A DNA stretch of 35,022 nucleotides from Pseudovirgaria hyperparasitica (lineage: Eukaryota). The stretch is taken from the NCBI GenBank assembly GCA_010093815.1, contig ML996608.1; one strand, 5' to 3'. Below are positions 25,269 to 35,022 of this stretch, piece after piece. The position numbers and the translations under genes were made by a program. The notes under the pieces were generated by a model. The model was not told the DNA's origin, made no database searches, and was given only the letters and a program-made list of their open reading frames with translations. Within the stretch, counting starts at the first letter, position 1, and the number at the start of each line of letters is the position of its first letter.

Positions 25269-26581
25269 ATATCTAATACTAGTCCTATCTCTAAGCCTGC
25301 CTCCTCCTCTCGTAAGACTTACTCTAAAGGTATCGTCTCCTCCCCGGCCACGCCGGCTAAGAAGCCTACCTATCGCGGTAGTATAAAGGCGCGCTCTAAG
25401 TCGGAGAAGAGAGTAGCTAGGGCTGCTACTACTACTACCTCTACTACTAATATAGCCACTAGTTACTCTAATCTAGGTAATCCTAGTACTAAACTTATGG
25501 ATAAAGTGGTTATAGGTTCTCCTCTCACTCTAAAGCGCACGCCGCCTACTCTACCTCCTCTAGAGGATAAAGAAGATCTCGTTATAGATAATAATCGCGA
25601 GCCCTCGCGCTTACCCACGCCGCCGCCTCGCCGCTCTTCCTTCCGGTCTAATATAGACTAATTTAGTTACTCTAGGTCCTTTTAGGACCTTAATATTCGC
25701 TCTAAACCCTAGCCTACTAATAATAAGACCTAGGTCGCTAAGGATACTAAACGTAGTTACGGTTTACGCCATAGAAAAACAGCGAACTACGGTTTAATAT
25801 ACTATAAGTATATTAAGGGCTATACGGCCGGCTCTAAATATCTCTTTCACTCTAACTCTAGTATTAGCTACTACTCTACTAACCGCGACGGGCCTATACG
25901 CCCTATCTTTACTCTACCTACCCGCTACCGCCGCTATACCGTGACTAGTAAGACTTATCTATAGGTAAGTATAATAGGCTATCTTAATCTAGTATGATCT
26001 AAAGTAGTCCGCGCTAATATATTCTTAGATTTCTATATATATATAAGATATATATAACGATCTTCGCGTCCGTGAGACCCTCGGGGGTCCTTATAGCCGC
26101 CTACCTACTATATAGAGGGAGTTTAGGGAGCGCTATAAGCTCTTTCTAGAGGTTATTAAAGTATAAGTTACGAGCACGTTAATTATTTTTAACACCTATT
26201 AATTTTTCTAGCCGCCGCGAGATCCCTAGCGCCTAGGCTATCTATTCTAGGGAGTCTATCCTAGCTATAGAGGCCGTAGAGAGGATTTACTCTATCCCCC
26301 CCCGTCCGTCTCGCGCTACTAACGGATCTTATAAGAGGTCTACTATTTCTCCCTCTAAGTCGCCTCGTAAGAGGGTATATATTCCCTTCTAGATTATTCT
26401 AGATCGTATTAGCTAACTTTAGACCTAGTCGCTACGCTCCGGTACTTAAGGCTCTTCCCTCTAGGCTCTAACGGATTAGGTTATTACTCTAGAGGCTAAG
26501 GTCGTCGTCCTCCGCCGCCATATCGTACGGTTAGAGAGAACTATACTAGAGATTAGGACGGATAATAAGATAGAGGAGTAG
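25269..26581 (+). pseudogene. Element B antisense accessory gene, 3 exons (25269-25964, 26029-26162, 26212-26581), ~400 codons; basic/disordered N-terminus, putative Cys-rich motif, C-terminal coiled coil
   Basis: First ~125 codons are stop-free despite RIP. Intron 25965-26028 is GTAAGT..GCTAAT..TAG. Intron 26163-26211 has a RIPed donor (T|ATAAGT) and supplies exactly the needed phase change. Exons total 1200 nt. Confidence 0.7.
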
Positions 26582-27039
26582 CTCTATGGTTCTAGCTCTA
26601 TATATTGGCTCTATGCCTAGCTCTATATATTCTAGATCTACTATAGGTGGTACGCGCCGGCTCTATTTACCTAGCTTTTATCCGTTTTAGTCCTTTTTAG
26701 ACCGTTTAGATACCCGTCGGCTAGTTTCTAGTAATTTAATTCTTAACTTAACGATATTATATATACGCTCGCTTAGCTTATAACTATCGGTTTCTATATT
26801 CTGATTTTCCTTAAGTTACCTAAGTGTAGGTACCATATATAAATTAGTTTATCTCTAGAAATTCTATTAGAGTACCTAAACTAGTAGCCTAGTAGTTATT
26901 AGTTCGGGTACTCTAACCTTTTATATTTCGTGTTAAGAGTTTAATTCTATAGTAGGGTACCTTTTTTTAGGTTCTTAGTCCTATGTTTTTCTCATATATA
27001 ATAGTCCATATTAGTCCATTCTAGACTCTTCTATATTAT

Positions 27040-30000
27040 TCTATTATAGTATGTCGCGTTACGTTCCTAAAATAGTTATTTACGCTTTCTTCGCGTCTAG
27101 TAACCGTGCGACGCTTGAATTATAGGACTACTATATAGAGTTTTCCTAGTGCGCGTCTAGATTTCCTAGTTTGGTACTTCGTTCTCTACGGTATCCTTCT
27201 TCTTTTTATAACGACCGCGACGTCGCTATACTTATATTAATAATATACTATTCTACATCTTTTGCTTATACGCAGCCATTATAGAACTTAAGATATATAC
27301 CGCTAGTTCCTAGGTGTCCTTATTCTTAGTATAGTCCTTCTAACGGATTCTATATTTCTAAACACCGTCTTTATCGATCCTATATTCGATAATATAGTCT
27401 ACTTTAAACACGTCTAGTCTATCTTAGGGTATAATAGAGTATAACTACACGTTCGTGCGGCCATATACGTTAGGTTAAAATCTTTTAAGTAGTAAGACGT
27501 AGAACACGTTATAGATTCTTATATCGCTTCCTAAGTCGAGCTTATAGACTCTTATACCGATATAACGTTTAATTCGGAAGGGACTAGCCATTTTATAATT
27601 AAGCTTCTTATTTACTCGCGACGTTCGTATATTATAGACGTTAAGAAGGACCTTATCGTCCTCCTCGTACGTCTAATCCTTAGCTAATCTATTATAGTAC
27701 TTCGTATACGAGTCGTTTACTTATTAGATTATAGCGTAATAGTTACGTACGGTTTTAAAGATTTTAATCGCTAATTCCTAAGCGTGGACGTTCACGTCTA
27801 TTATTCGATTAAATTAGACCGTCTAAGGCTTAAAACCTATCCTTAGACTACGTCCGAGGTTCGCCTAGAAAGGTATAATACCTATCATACTATAACGACT
27901 ATTATTATATACGAACTCTACTATACTTAGTAGGGAGGCCTAGTCGTTCTACTTAAAATTATAGAATACGCGTAGGTAGGCCTCGAGCGTCTAGTTCTAT
28001 CGCTCTATCTAGCTATCCGTCTAAGGATAAAATGCTATAGACATGTTTCTATTTATACTTACCATTTTATAGAATAACGTCTAGAATTTAGACGTAAAGG
28101 TACTTTCTCGGTCCGTAACGATCCTTTTTAGTATACTATGGACCTTAATAATCTCGTTCTAGAACACCTACGCTAGTTCTTTAGATATAATCATCTTCTA
28201 TACTAGGATATATCTAGACATCTTTATAAGTCTATCCACGATAATAAGAATAGAATTATAACTTATCCTAAGCATCTCGCTTAGAGATAAGTTAACTATA
28301 AAGTCTATAGTAACGTCTTCCTATATAAAGAGGGGGGCTGAAAGAGGCTATAAATTTCTATATAGCTTATGCCTAGGGGCCTTTATTCTTTAATAAATTA
28401 GATAAGTAGCTATCTATTCTTCGACGTACTTAGGTATATCTTTCTAAAAATAGTACTAACGAATTAAGCTTAGGGTACGTATATACCTAAAGTGTCCTAC
28501 TAGGTTAGCGTTATAGTATCGGCTAACTACGTTAAATCGCGCGTTATCTATTAGTATATAGTACTTTCTATCGTAGTAAAGCAAGCCGTCCACGAAGGTC
28601 TACTTATAGTCTACTTTAGTCCGTAATAACCCATCTTACTATATTTTATATAACTTTAAAACTATCGGGTCTATCTTCTATAGATCTATAATTAACTAGG
28701 CGAGGTTAATTAGATATTTACGCCGGGTATTATCGCCCTTCCTAATAGCGCTAATAAACGGCCTACTAGGGACTTCGGTACCGCGTCTTTAGTTACCGGC
28801 TTTAGTCTTAGAGATTTGATTACCGGTATCGACGTTAGTATCTCGCTAATCATCTAATAACTTAAAATCTAACCTCGTCCTTAAGAGTTAGGCCTATAGC
28901 TACTCTAGAACTCTATGGCTACTATAATTCTAGGCGCCTTCTTTATAGTTAGGTCTTCTTAACATTCTATTAGCTAGGTTTATACTTCTAGGTTAATAGT
29001 AGATTATAAAGTGAAAGTTCGTAAGCTACTTAGTCTATTAGATCTATTAATGGTTTAAAACCGTTATACTTATAAACCCCTTTAAGTTATAGTAATTAGT
29101 TAGTAACTCGACGTTATACATGGCACCTTTAAGATAATATCGCCACTATTTAAACGACTCTACTATTACTAGTAGCTCTTAGTTATAGATAGTATATCTA
29201 GTCTTAATATCGACTATTTTACGTAAGAAGAACGTAACTAGATACCATTAGACCTTTTTAGACTTAGTTAGTCTAGGCTAGGAGAGAATACCTAAGATTA
29301 TAAATTCTAACGCATCGGTTTTAACGTAGATAGGTTTAGTCGGGTCGAAGTACACTAGTAATAGGGCAGTTATAAATGCCTCTTTGATTTTCTTAAAGGA
29401 GGCCCTTTCGCCTTCCGATAATTCTATAGGCTACGATTTAATATTATACTATTTCTATCTACCGCGGACCGTAATAGATGAATCTATAGTAGTAGTACGC
29501 GTGTTAAGCGGTGCTACTAGCCGGGAGAAATACTTAATGAATTTTTAGTAGTAATTAGTAAATCTAATAAAGACACGTATATCTCGAACCGATCTTAGTT
29601 TAGGCTAGTCCACGATAGTAGCGACCCTGTCCCTTTCTATGGTTATACCTTGATTAGTAATAACGAAGCTAAGGAAGTTAATATGGTCCTGGTGGAACTC
29701 GTATTTAGATAGCTTAATATATAGCTTATATTTTTCTAGCCTATCTAGGACTACACGTACGTGCTAGATGTGTTCTTCTTCGTTATTAGAGAAGATAAGG
29801 ATATTATTAAGGTATATAATGCACGTCGTGTTAAGTAGGCCTACTAGCGCGTTATTAATATATACTTAGAAGGTTCCTAGCGCGTTAGTTAGTCTAAAAG
29901 GGACTACTATATACTTAAAGTATCTATAACGGGTCCTAAACGCCGTTTTCTACTCATCGCCCTTCTTAATATATAGGCGGTAGTAGGTATCGCGTAGATC

Positions 30001-30935
30001 GAGCTTAGTAAAGATCTTCACGCGCTCTAGTCTATTAATAGACTTAGAGATAAGAGGTAGTAGGTAACGATTCTTTCGCGTAATATTATTTAGACTATAG
30101 TAGTCGATACATAGACGGAGACTTCTATCCTTCTTCTTTATAAAGAGGATTAGAGCTCTAGCTAGGGATATACTAGGCCTAATCTATCCTTATATAAGGT
30201 TCTTTTCGATGTATTCTCGGAGGACCTATAGCTCGGGTTCTAATAGAGGGTAGATAGGTCCGTATAGGGGTTATTAACCGTCTTTAAGGTTAATAGTAAG
30301 GTCGGTAGATTAGTATTAAGGTAATTTAGACGAGTCAATCGCTAACGCGATATATTAGTATATTTTATACTAATATAGTAGGTTTTCGTCTACTTTAATA
30401 CTAAGCTCTCTATTTTAAGTAAGTAAGAGGACGTAGATAGCGGAGATTACCTTTTCGTAGTCCTTCTAGAATTATTCGTTGTCGACTAGCTATACTAGGT
30501 TCTATTATAGTAGGTATATACGCTAGCCAGCTGTTTTCTAGATGAAGTCTAGTTTCGGGTTATATTTTTTAAGCTATAGTATACCGAGGATCATGTCGAA
30601 GGGACTATCTACTATAATAAAGGTTAAGTAGTAGGGTTTCCACTTCCCCCCGCTATTCTAGATGCTATATTTAATAGTATAGATACTCTACGATTTAATA
30701 GGACCGTCGATACTATAGAAGGTAGCACCTATTAGTACTTAAATATTAACGTTAAGTTCTCGTGCTTATTAAGTCGATATAACGTTAGTAGCTAAACCGC
30801 TATCGAGTATTATAGTCTAATGTTATCTATAAGGGACCTCGATAGGCCTAGCCTATAGTTTAATATACTAGTTAGCTGGTTATCCCTCTATTTTAGTTAC
30901 GTCTATAAGTCACGAGGGTTCCTCGTAGGTAGTTA
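27040..30935 (-). pseudogene. Element B pol: protease, RT, RNase H, integrase, chromodomain
   Basis: De-RIPed readings: LDSG protease (~30804), YLDDILIFS RT (~29814; now YLNNILIFS), ETDAS..ELLAIV RNase H (~29320-29160), STAFHPQTDGQTERQNQ integrase (~28030), KKLDHKMAGPF (~27590), chromodomain YRIRWKDY..DTWE (~27330). Confidence 0.92.
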
Positions 30936-30942
30936 GTTTTTT
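30912..30942 (-). promoter_or_regulatory. -1 programmed ribosomal frameshift signal (gag->pol) of element B
   Basis: Slippery A AAA AAC (30942-30936) in the gag frame directly before the stop codon. A 9-nt spacer is followed by stem-loop ACGAGG-AAC-CCTCGT (30926-30912). Pol motifs lie in the -1 frame. Confidence 0.75.
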
Positions 30943-32315
30943 ATATCGTGTACCGGGTAGTTAGGCGCGATATATCCTAGCTACTAGCACTTATAGTATA
31001 TAACTAACTTAGTATCTATATTAGTATTCGGTGGTTTCCCTAAGCGGCACTCGGGTACTATATGGTCTATCCTACTATAGATATAGTAGGTGACTTTAGG
31101 TCGTTTATATAAGTCGTTTCTCGCGTCTTAATATATTAACTAGTGGAAAGATCCACGGTACGGGCCTCGTCTTCTCGAGTTCGTAGAGTGGTAGCGCCTA
31201 CGAGGTATTCCGCGCGATCTATTACTAAACTAGTCCTCTTTAGATAATTTTATATCGGATTAGATTAATAGAGATAGTCGTGCGTCTATACGACGTTAGT
31301 TATTTATTATACGCTAATATCGTTCTACGAGATTCGCGAGTACCTAAAGATTAGTAGAGATAGACGTTATAAGGTCGATGCGTTCCTTTATACTTGGGTT
31401 AAGGGACCTTTTAAAGTCGTCGTATTATTAAACTATATAATCTTCCTTAGCTTCTCTCTAAAGAGGTCGGAGATATTTAAGGAGTTATAACGGGGATTAT
31501 CTCTCTCACTATTAAGTCTTAAAGATATAGCTCTAAGTCTATTTATATCGCTCGGCTCTATCGCCGAAGTATTAAAGAAGGAATTTAGTAAACGTGTCCT
31601 AGTTATACGTATCCTTAGGGTGTTTAATTTAATATGCTATCTAACGTTTAGATGGCGTTAGGTCTAGGTAGTTCTATACGAACCTAATCTTATTACTATC
31701 GTTCGTAAATAGGTGGAAGAATCAGCTATACTAGTAAGCCTATTCGTGAAAGCTCCTTCTAGTTTTACCGTTAAAGTAAGGTAGTTTCTTAGGCTAAGGT
31801 AACTAGGATAGTAATAGACTTGGTTAGACTATTTCGGCTTAAGTTAATCCATATTAGTATAGATTAGTTACTACTAGCACTAAAGCGCGTAGTACGGCTT
31901 CGAGTCTAGCGGTTTATCCTTACGCTTTATCGAGTTTACGAAGTTACTACTCGAGCTAAGCCTAACGCTATCTCTCCGTATATAGCTTAGTATATACGTT
32001 ATCGTAAGGCGTGGTTAATGTTAGTTGGTTCTAACGAATTAATTCGTTAACGTTAATAGGGTCTAGTCTTATAGTAAGGATAGGTCTAGTATAGTATAAA
32101 CTAGACCGCGATAGAGTATGATGGACTCCTTCCTTATTATCTAGGTAATCTTCTATAGTTATATAGAATACCGTACTAGTTATTAGTGCGATAGCCTATA
32201 GGGTATACTTATTAGTAGAGGTGGTTATAGGGAGACTATTCTCTTCGTTTAGATTTAGAGAGAGTCTCTTATATAAGGTAGTACCACGGGTATTATGGCG
32301 CGTAGTAGGAGCCAT
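30933..32315 (-). pseudogene. Element B gag with two CCHC zinc knuckles
   Basis: Intact ATG at 32315 (MAPTTRHNTR). De-RIPed knuckles CYICGRMDHIAPEC (~31090-31045) and CYKCQQPGHIAPNC (~31010-30955). Confidence 0.85.
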
Positions 32316-32356
32316 CTCTATAAGCTACCGTCGTGCTATATAGAGAGAAATCAAAA

Positions 32357-32594
32357 TATAAAGAGTGAAGACGTGGGATAGTAGTCTAATAGTTTATAGA
32401 GAGATATAGGAATGTATTTATAGAGTAATCTTACTCTTATACGAGGTTGATTCCTAATGAGTAGGAATCGGTTTATACGGTCTACTTATATAGTAACCTC
32501 GCTTAACTTAGCTAACTTAACCTAGCTCTGGCCACTACGTGGCTACATGGATTAGAATGGTCTATATAGGTCCGTTATGGTTCCCGTCCTAACA
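32357..32594 (-). repeat. Element B 5' LTR (238 bp)
   Basis: Pair of 24550-24787; followed by TSD CTCGA. Confidence 0.95.
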
Positions 32595-33058
32595 CTCGAT
32601 CCTTTTAATGCACGACTTATTTAGAAACACTAGTACTTATACTACTTTTTCGTAATCCTCTAGAACGAGTCTCACGGAATTTAGTATAGTTAGAATAAGG
32701 TAAGGCCTTTAATATAGATACTTATTCCTGTTTTCCTCTAGTAGTAAATCCTTTATTTATCGTTCCCTTAGCTCCTTCCTTAGGACTTTTAGTTATAATT
32801 TTATACTCTTACGAGTCTTAATAATAGTAACGGTAATAAACGTTATCTAGTACCTAGTATTCTTTTATCCTTACTAATTATCTTACTATACTTATAAACT
32901 TCTTTTACTAAATTTTACGGAAGCGTCTTCCGTTTACTAAGTCGGGATATTAACGTCTTTTAATTCGGCTTCGGAGAACTAGTACGTTAGGGCGTTAGTA
33001 TCTTATATTTAACTAGTACTATCTTTCTTTCGAAAATAATTAGCTAGTAGTATACTTT

Positions 33059-33067
33059 TAGCTACTA
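33059..33067 (-). promoter_or_regulatory. Putative tRNA-iMet-type primer binding site of element A
   Basis: Minus strand reads TAGTAGCTA 3 nt inside the 5' LTR. This de-RIPs to TGGTAGCTG, resembling the Ty1/Ty3 PBS start TGGTAGC. Confidence 0.45.
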
Positions 33068-33070
33068 AGA

Positions 33071-33208
33071 TATTATGGATAGCGATGTTATGGCTTAGTT
33101 AAGTATTAAATTTATTACTAGCTACTTCATAGAACCTACGTCTATCTATATCGAACCTTTAGTCCGTAGTTCTTACCGTTATTCGTCTCCTTGTTACTTT
33201 CCGTGACA
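33071..33208 (-). repeat. Element A 5' LTR (138 bp)
   Basis: Pair of 12253-12390; followed by TSD CTAGG. Confidence 0.95.
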
Positions 33209-33213
33209 CTAGG

Positions 33214-34870
33214 TTCTTCTTTAGTTAACTTATTATATAGTTTCTTAAATTAAGCTATACTTTATCTTCTATACGGTATACTAGTACTAGAGTTTACTTT
33301 CTATTCACGGACTTCTCTTATTTTTAGATATTCTCTACTATATTTACTTAATATAGCTTAGTAATATTCTTTATCTTTTTTATAAAGGTTTCCGCTCTTT
33401 ATTTAGTAGAGAGCGAGAAACTAGAGTTAGCTTCTATCTATAGAGGTATAGAGGATAGTAGATTATATCTATAGGTAGTAAAGAAGGGGCTTATTTCTAG
33501 CTCTACTTAGTAGCGCGCGTTTAGTACTAGTTATATAGTTAGAAGCTAGGTTTTCTAATTAGACTATTTCTAATTAATAAAGTTTTATAAGTAGCTCTAT
33601 ACCTTCTAGTTTATTCTCTCTAGACCTCTATCTATTTAAGGATAGTATATAGAGCTTAGTCTATAGATTACTCTAGTAAGGCTATAAAAGGTCTTCTAGA
33701 AATAGCTAGTCTAGTTTATTCCTTAATCGCTCGTTATCGCTAAGGGTATACCGTAGTACCTTACCTAGTAATCTATAAATACCTTAGCGTATTCCTCCGC
33801 CTTTATAGTAGGTATTACTTATAATACTATAGTCTTACTTAGACGGTCTTTAATAATCTATAAGTAGCGGTTCCCTTCTAAGCCGGGTAGATTAGTAATA
33901 AAGTCTATTAAGATCTTCTAGAAGAAATAATTAGAGACTAGAAGAGACTTTAGAAGTCTATATTTTTATTTCTACTATACCTTATTCCGTCTATAGTAGT
34001 TATAATTTTATAGAAACTACCTTATATATCTTATCTATAGTAGCTAGTAGAAGCTTTAAGCTAGTATAGAAGTAGTAGAGTCTTAGCCTAGATAGCTATA
34101 GAGCGGTAAGTTATATATAGACTAGATAAGCTTAGTCTAAAGGACGTCCCCTTCTAAATCGCTAGGCCCTAGTACTTTATACTTAGCTTTTATAGTTATC
34201 TTCGCGCCTAGTACCTATAGTTTTCTATAGTAATTAAGGTAGCCCTCTAAGTTAATACTATAATCTACTACTTAGACTTTTAGCTTTACTTTACTTAGAA
34301 CTAACTATACTTCTTCTATTACGGCACGAAGTATAGTTTAGTATATTAAGTTCTTTTTTACTATTATAGTCTATAGATTGTTTAGAGAGGGGTCCTAGAA
34401 AGGCCCTAGAGAAGCCGGCTCTTTATAGGCGGGCTTAGTCCCTAGTAATATATCCTTAAATAGTAAGTTAGTAGTATAGATCGCCGCTAGCCTTACCTTA
34501 GAGACCGGCTAATCTTTAATATCTTTAGGGTCTAGAAACCTATAGAACCTAGACTCTTTATTATCTACTCTAAGTATATCTTATTTCTATCTTAATAGAG
34601 TATTAGGGATAACCGCTTTAGATCCCGGTTAGTAAACTAGGGAGAACTAATACCTAGATAAGGTTTTATACTACTATATTTAGCGTTCTAATAGATAACG
34701 CTTTATTATAAAGTATTTAAGGTTCTTATAGTCTATCTATATAGTAAAGGGACTATACGCTTTTAACTTAGAGTTCTAGAACTTTAAGTAGAAGATTATA
34801 GTAAGTATTTCCTTATTATAGATATCGTAGTTAATCTCTACTTTATTTAGCTTCTATAAGAAAAACCTAA
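33214..34870 (-). pseudogene. Element C pol, central part: RNase H and integrase of a third Ty3/Gypsy element (LTRs not identified in window)
   Basis: De-RIPed GFFSQKL..EINYDIHDKEMLAI, YRPG....PDALSRR, HHCC finger HDSPLCGHPGR..CDHC, GLLKPLPVP..ISMDFITDLP and AYHPQTDGGPERMNQ. Confidence 0.9.
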
Positions 34871-35022
34871 TAGATATAATAAATTACTAGCTAGAGCCAT
34901 AGAAAGATATATAGACTCTAGTACATGTAAACTTAACCTCTACTATATCTAATAAGTTTATATAAGGTATTTCCTTATTAGGAATAGCTTAATATTAGTA
35001 ATCGATATTACTAATATTATCT

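Larger units (their letters stand above)
24550..32594 (-). mobile_element. Element B: Ty3/Gypsy chromovirus, 8045 bp, nested in element A, RIP-inactivated
   Basis: 238-bp direct LTRs with TG..CA ends. TSD CTCGA at 24545-24549 and 32595-32599. Polypurine tract at 24791-24804 (minus strand). Complete gag and pol domain set. Confidence 0.95.
23909..33053 (-). pseudogene. Element A probable upstream ORF (ORF0, ~365 codons) in two pieces, 33053-32595 and 24544-~23909, split by element B
   Basis: Protein-like frame starts just after the PBS and reads on across the B insertion site (..KRIE|LSTIL..). It is in a different frame from gag-pol. Stop density is only modestly low. Confidence 0.45.
12253..33208 (-). 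mobile_element. Element A: Ty3/Gypsy chromodomain-bearing LTR retrotransposon (~12.9 kb without the nested element B), RIP-inactivated
   Basis: 138-bp direct LTRs with TG..CA ends. 5-bp TSD CTAGG at 12248-12252 and 33209-33213. Internal gag-PR-RT-RH-INT-chromo order on the minus strand. Confidence 0.93.
9650..35022. other. AT-rich RIP-degenerated transposon block (heterochromatin-like isochore)
   Basis: TpA excess, CpA/TpG depletion with CpG largely retained. Recognisable TE motifs carry CAA/CAG/TGG->TAA/TAG changes. LTR pairs differ only by transitions. Confidence 0.95.

Noticed and set aside
12253..33208. Dating the insertions from LTR divergence (~9% and ~5%)
   Set aside because: All differences are RIP-type transitions, so a neutral clock does not apply.
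12407..34870. Possible alternative genetic code (TAA/TAG = Gln) because the TE frames contain only TAA/TAG stops
   Set aside because: RIP explains it (CAA/CAG/TGG->TAA/TAG, with parallel His/Cys->Tyr and Asp->Asn changes), and the intact genes end in TAG/TAA/TGA normally. RIP also removes TGA in every frame, so its absence was not used as evidence.
34870..35022. Continuation of element C RNase H/RT to the window edge
   Set aside because: The expected upstream RNase H motif could not be read; this may be a junction with another insertion, but there is too little sequence to call.

Overview
Eukaryotic DNA from a filamentous ascomycete (Pezizomycotina; short GT..CTRAY..YAG introns, strong RIP signature). 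The window has two compartments. The first is a GC-balanced gene island (~270-9650) with five spliced genes: a zeta-crystallin/quinone oxidoreductase, BUB3, GPN2, a DUF3112-like multi-pass membrane protein and an orphan 5-exon gene. The second is AT-rich DNA degraded by repeat-induced point mutation (1-~266 and ~9650-35022). The large AT block resolves into three nested, minus-strand, chromodomain-bearing Ty3/Gypsy LTR retrotransposons. Element B (24550-32594, 238-bp LTRs, TSD CTCGA) sits inside element A (12253-33208, 138-bp LTRs, TSD CTAGG), which sits inside the integrase of element C (runs off the right edge). Reading through the RIP damage, each element appears to have extra non-gag/pol coding sequence downstream of pol. 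A has a ~1430-codon sense ORF running up to the 3' LTR, plus a probable ~365-codon ORF before gag. B has an antisense, intron-containing ~400-codon gene with a putative Cys-rich Zn-binding motif and a C-terminal coiled coil. Next to the end of C's pol lies an antisense relic with six short introns. All TE reading frames are RIP-inactivated and were reconstructed by eye, so their end coordinates are approximate.
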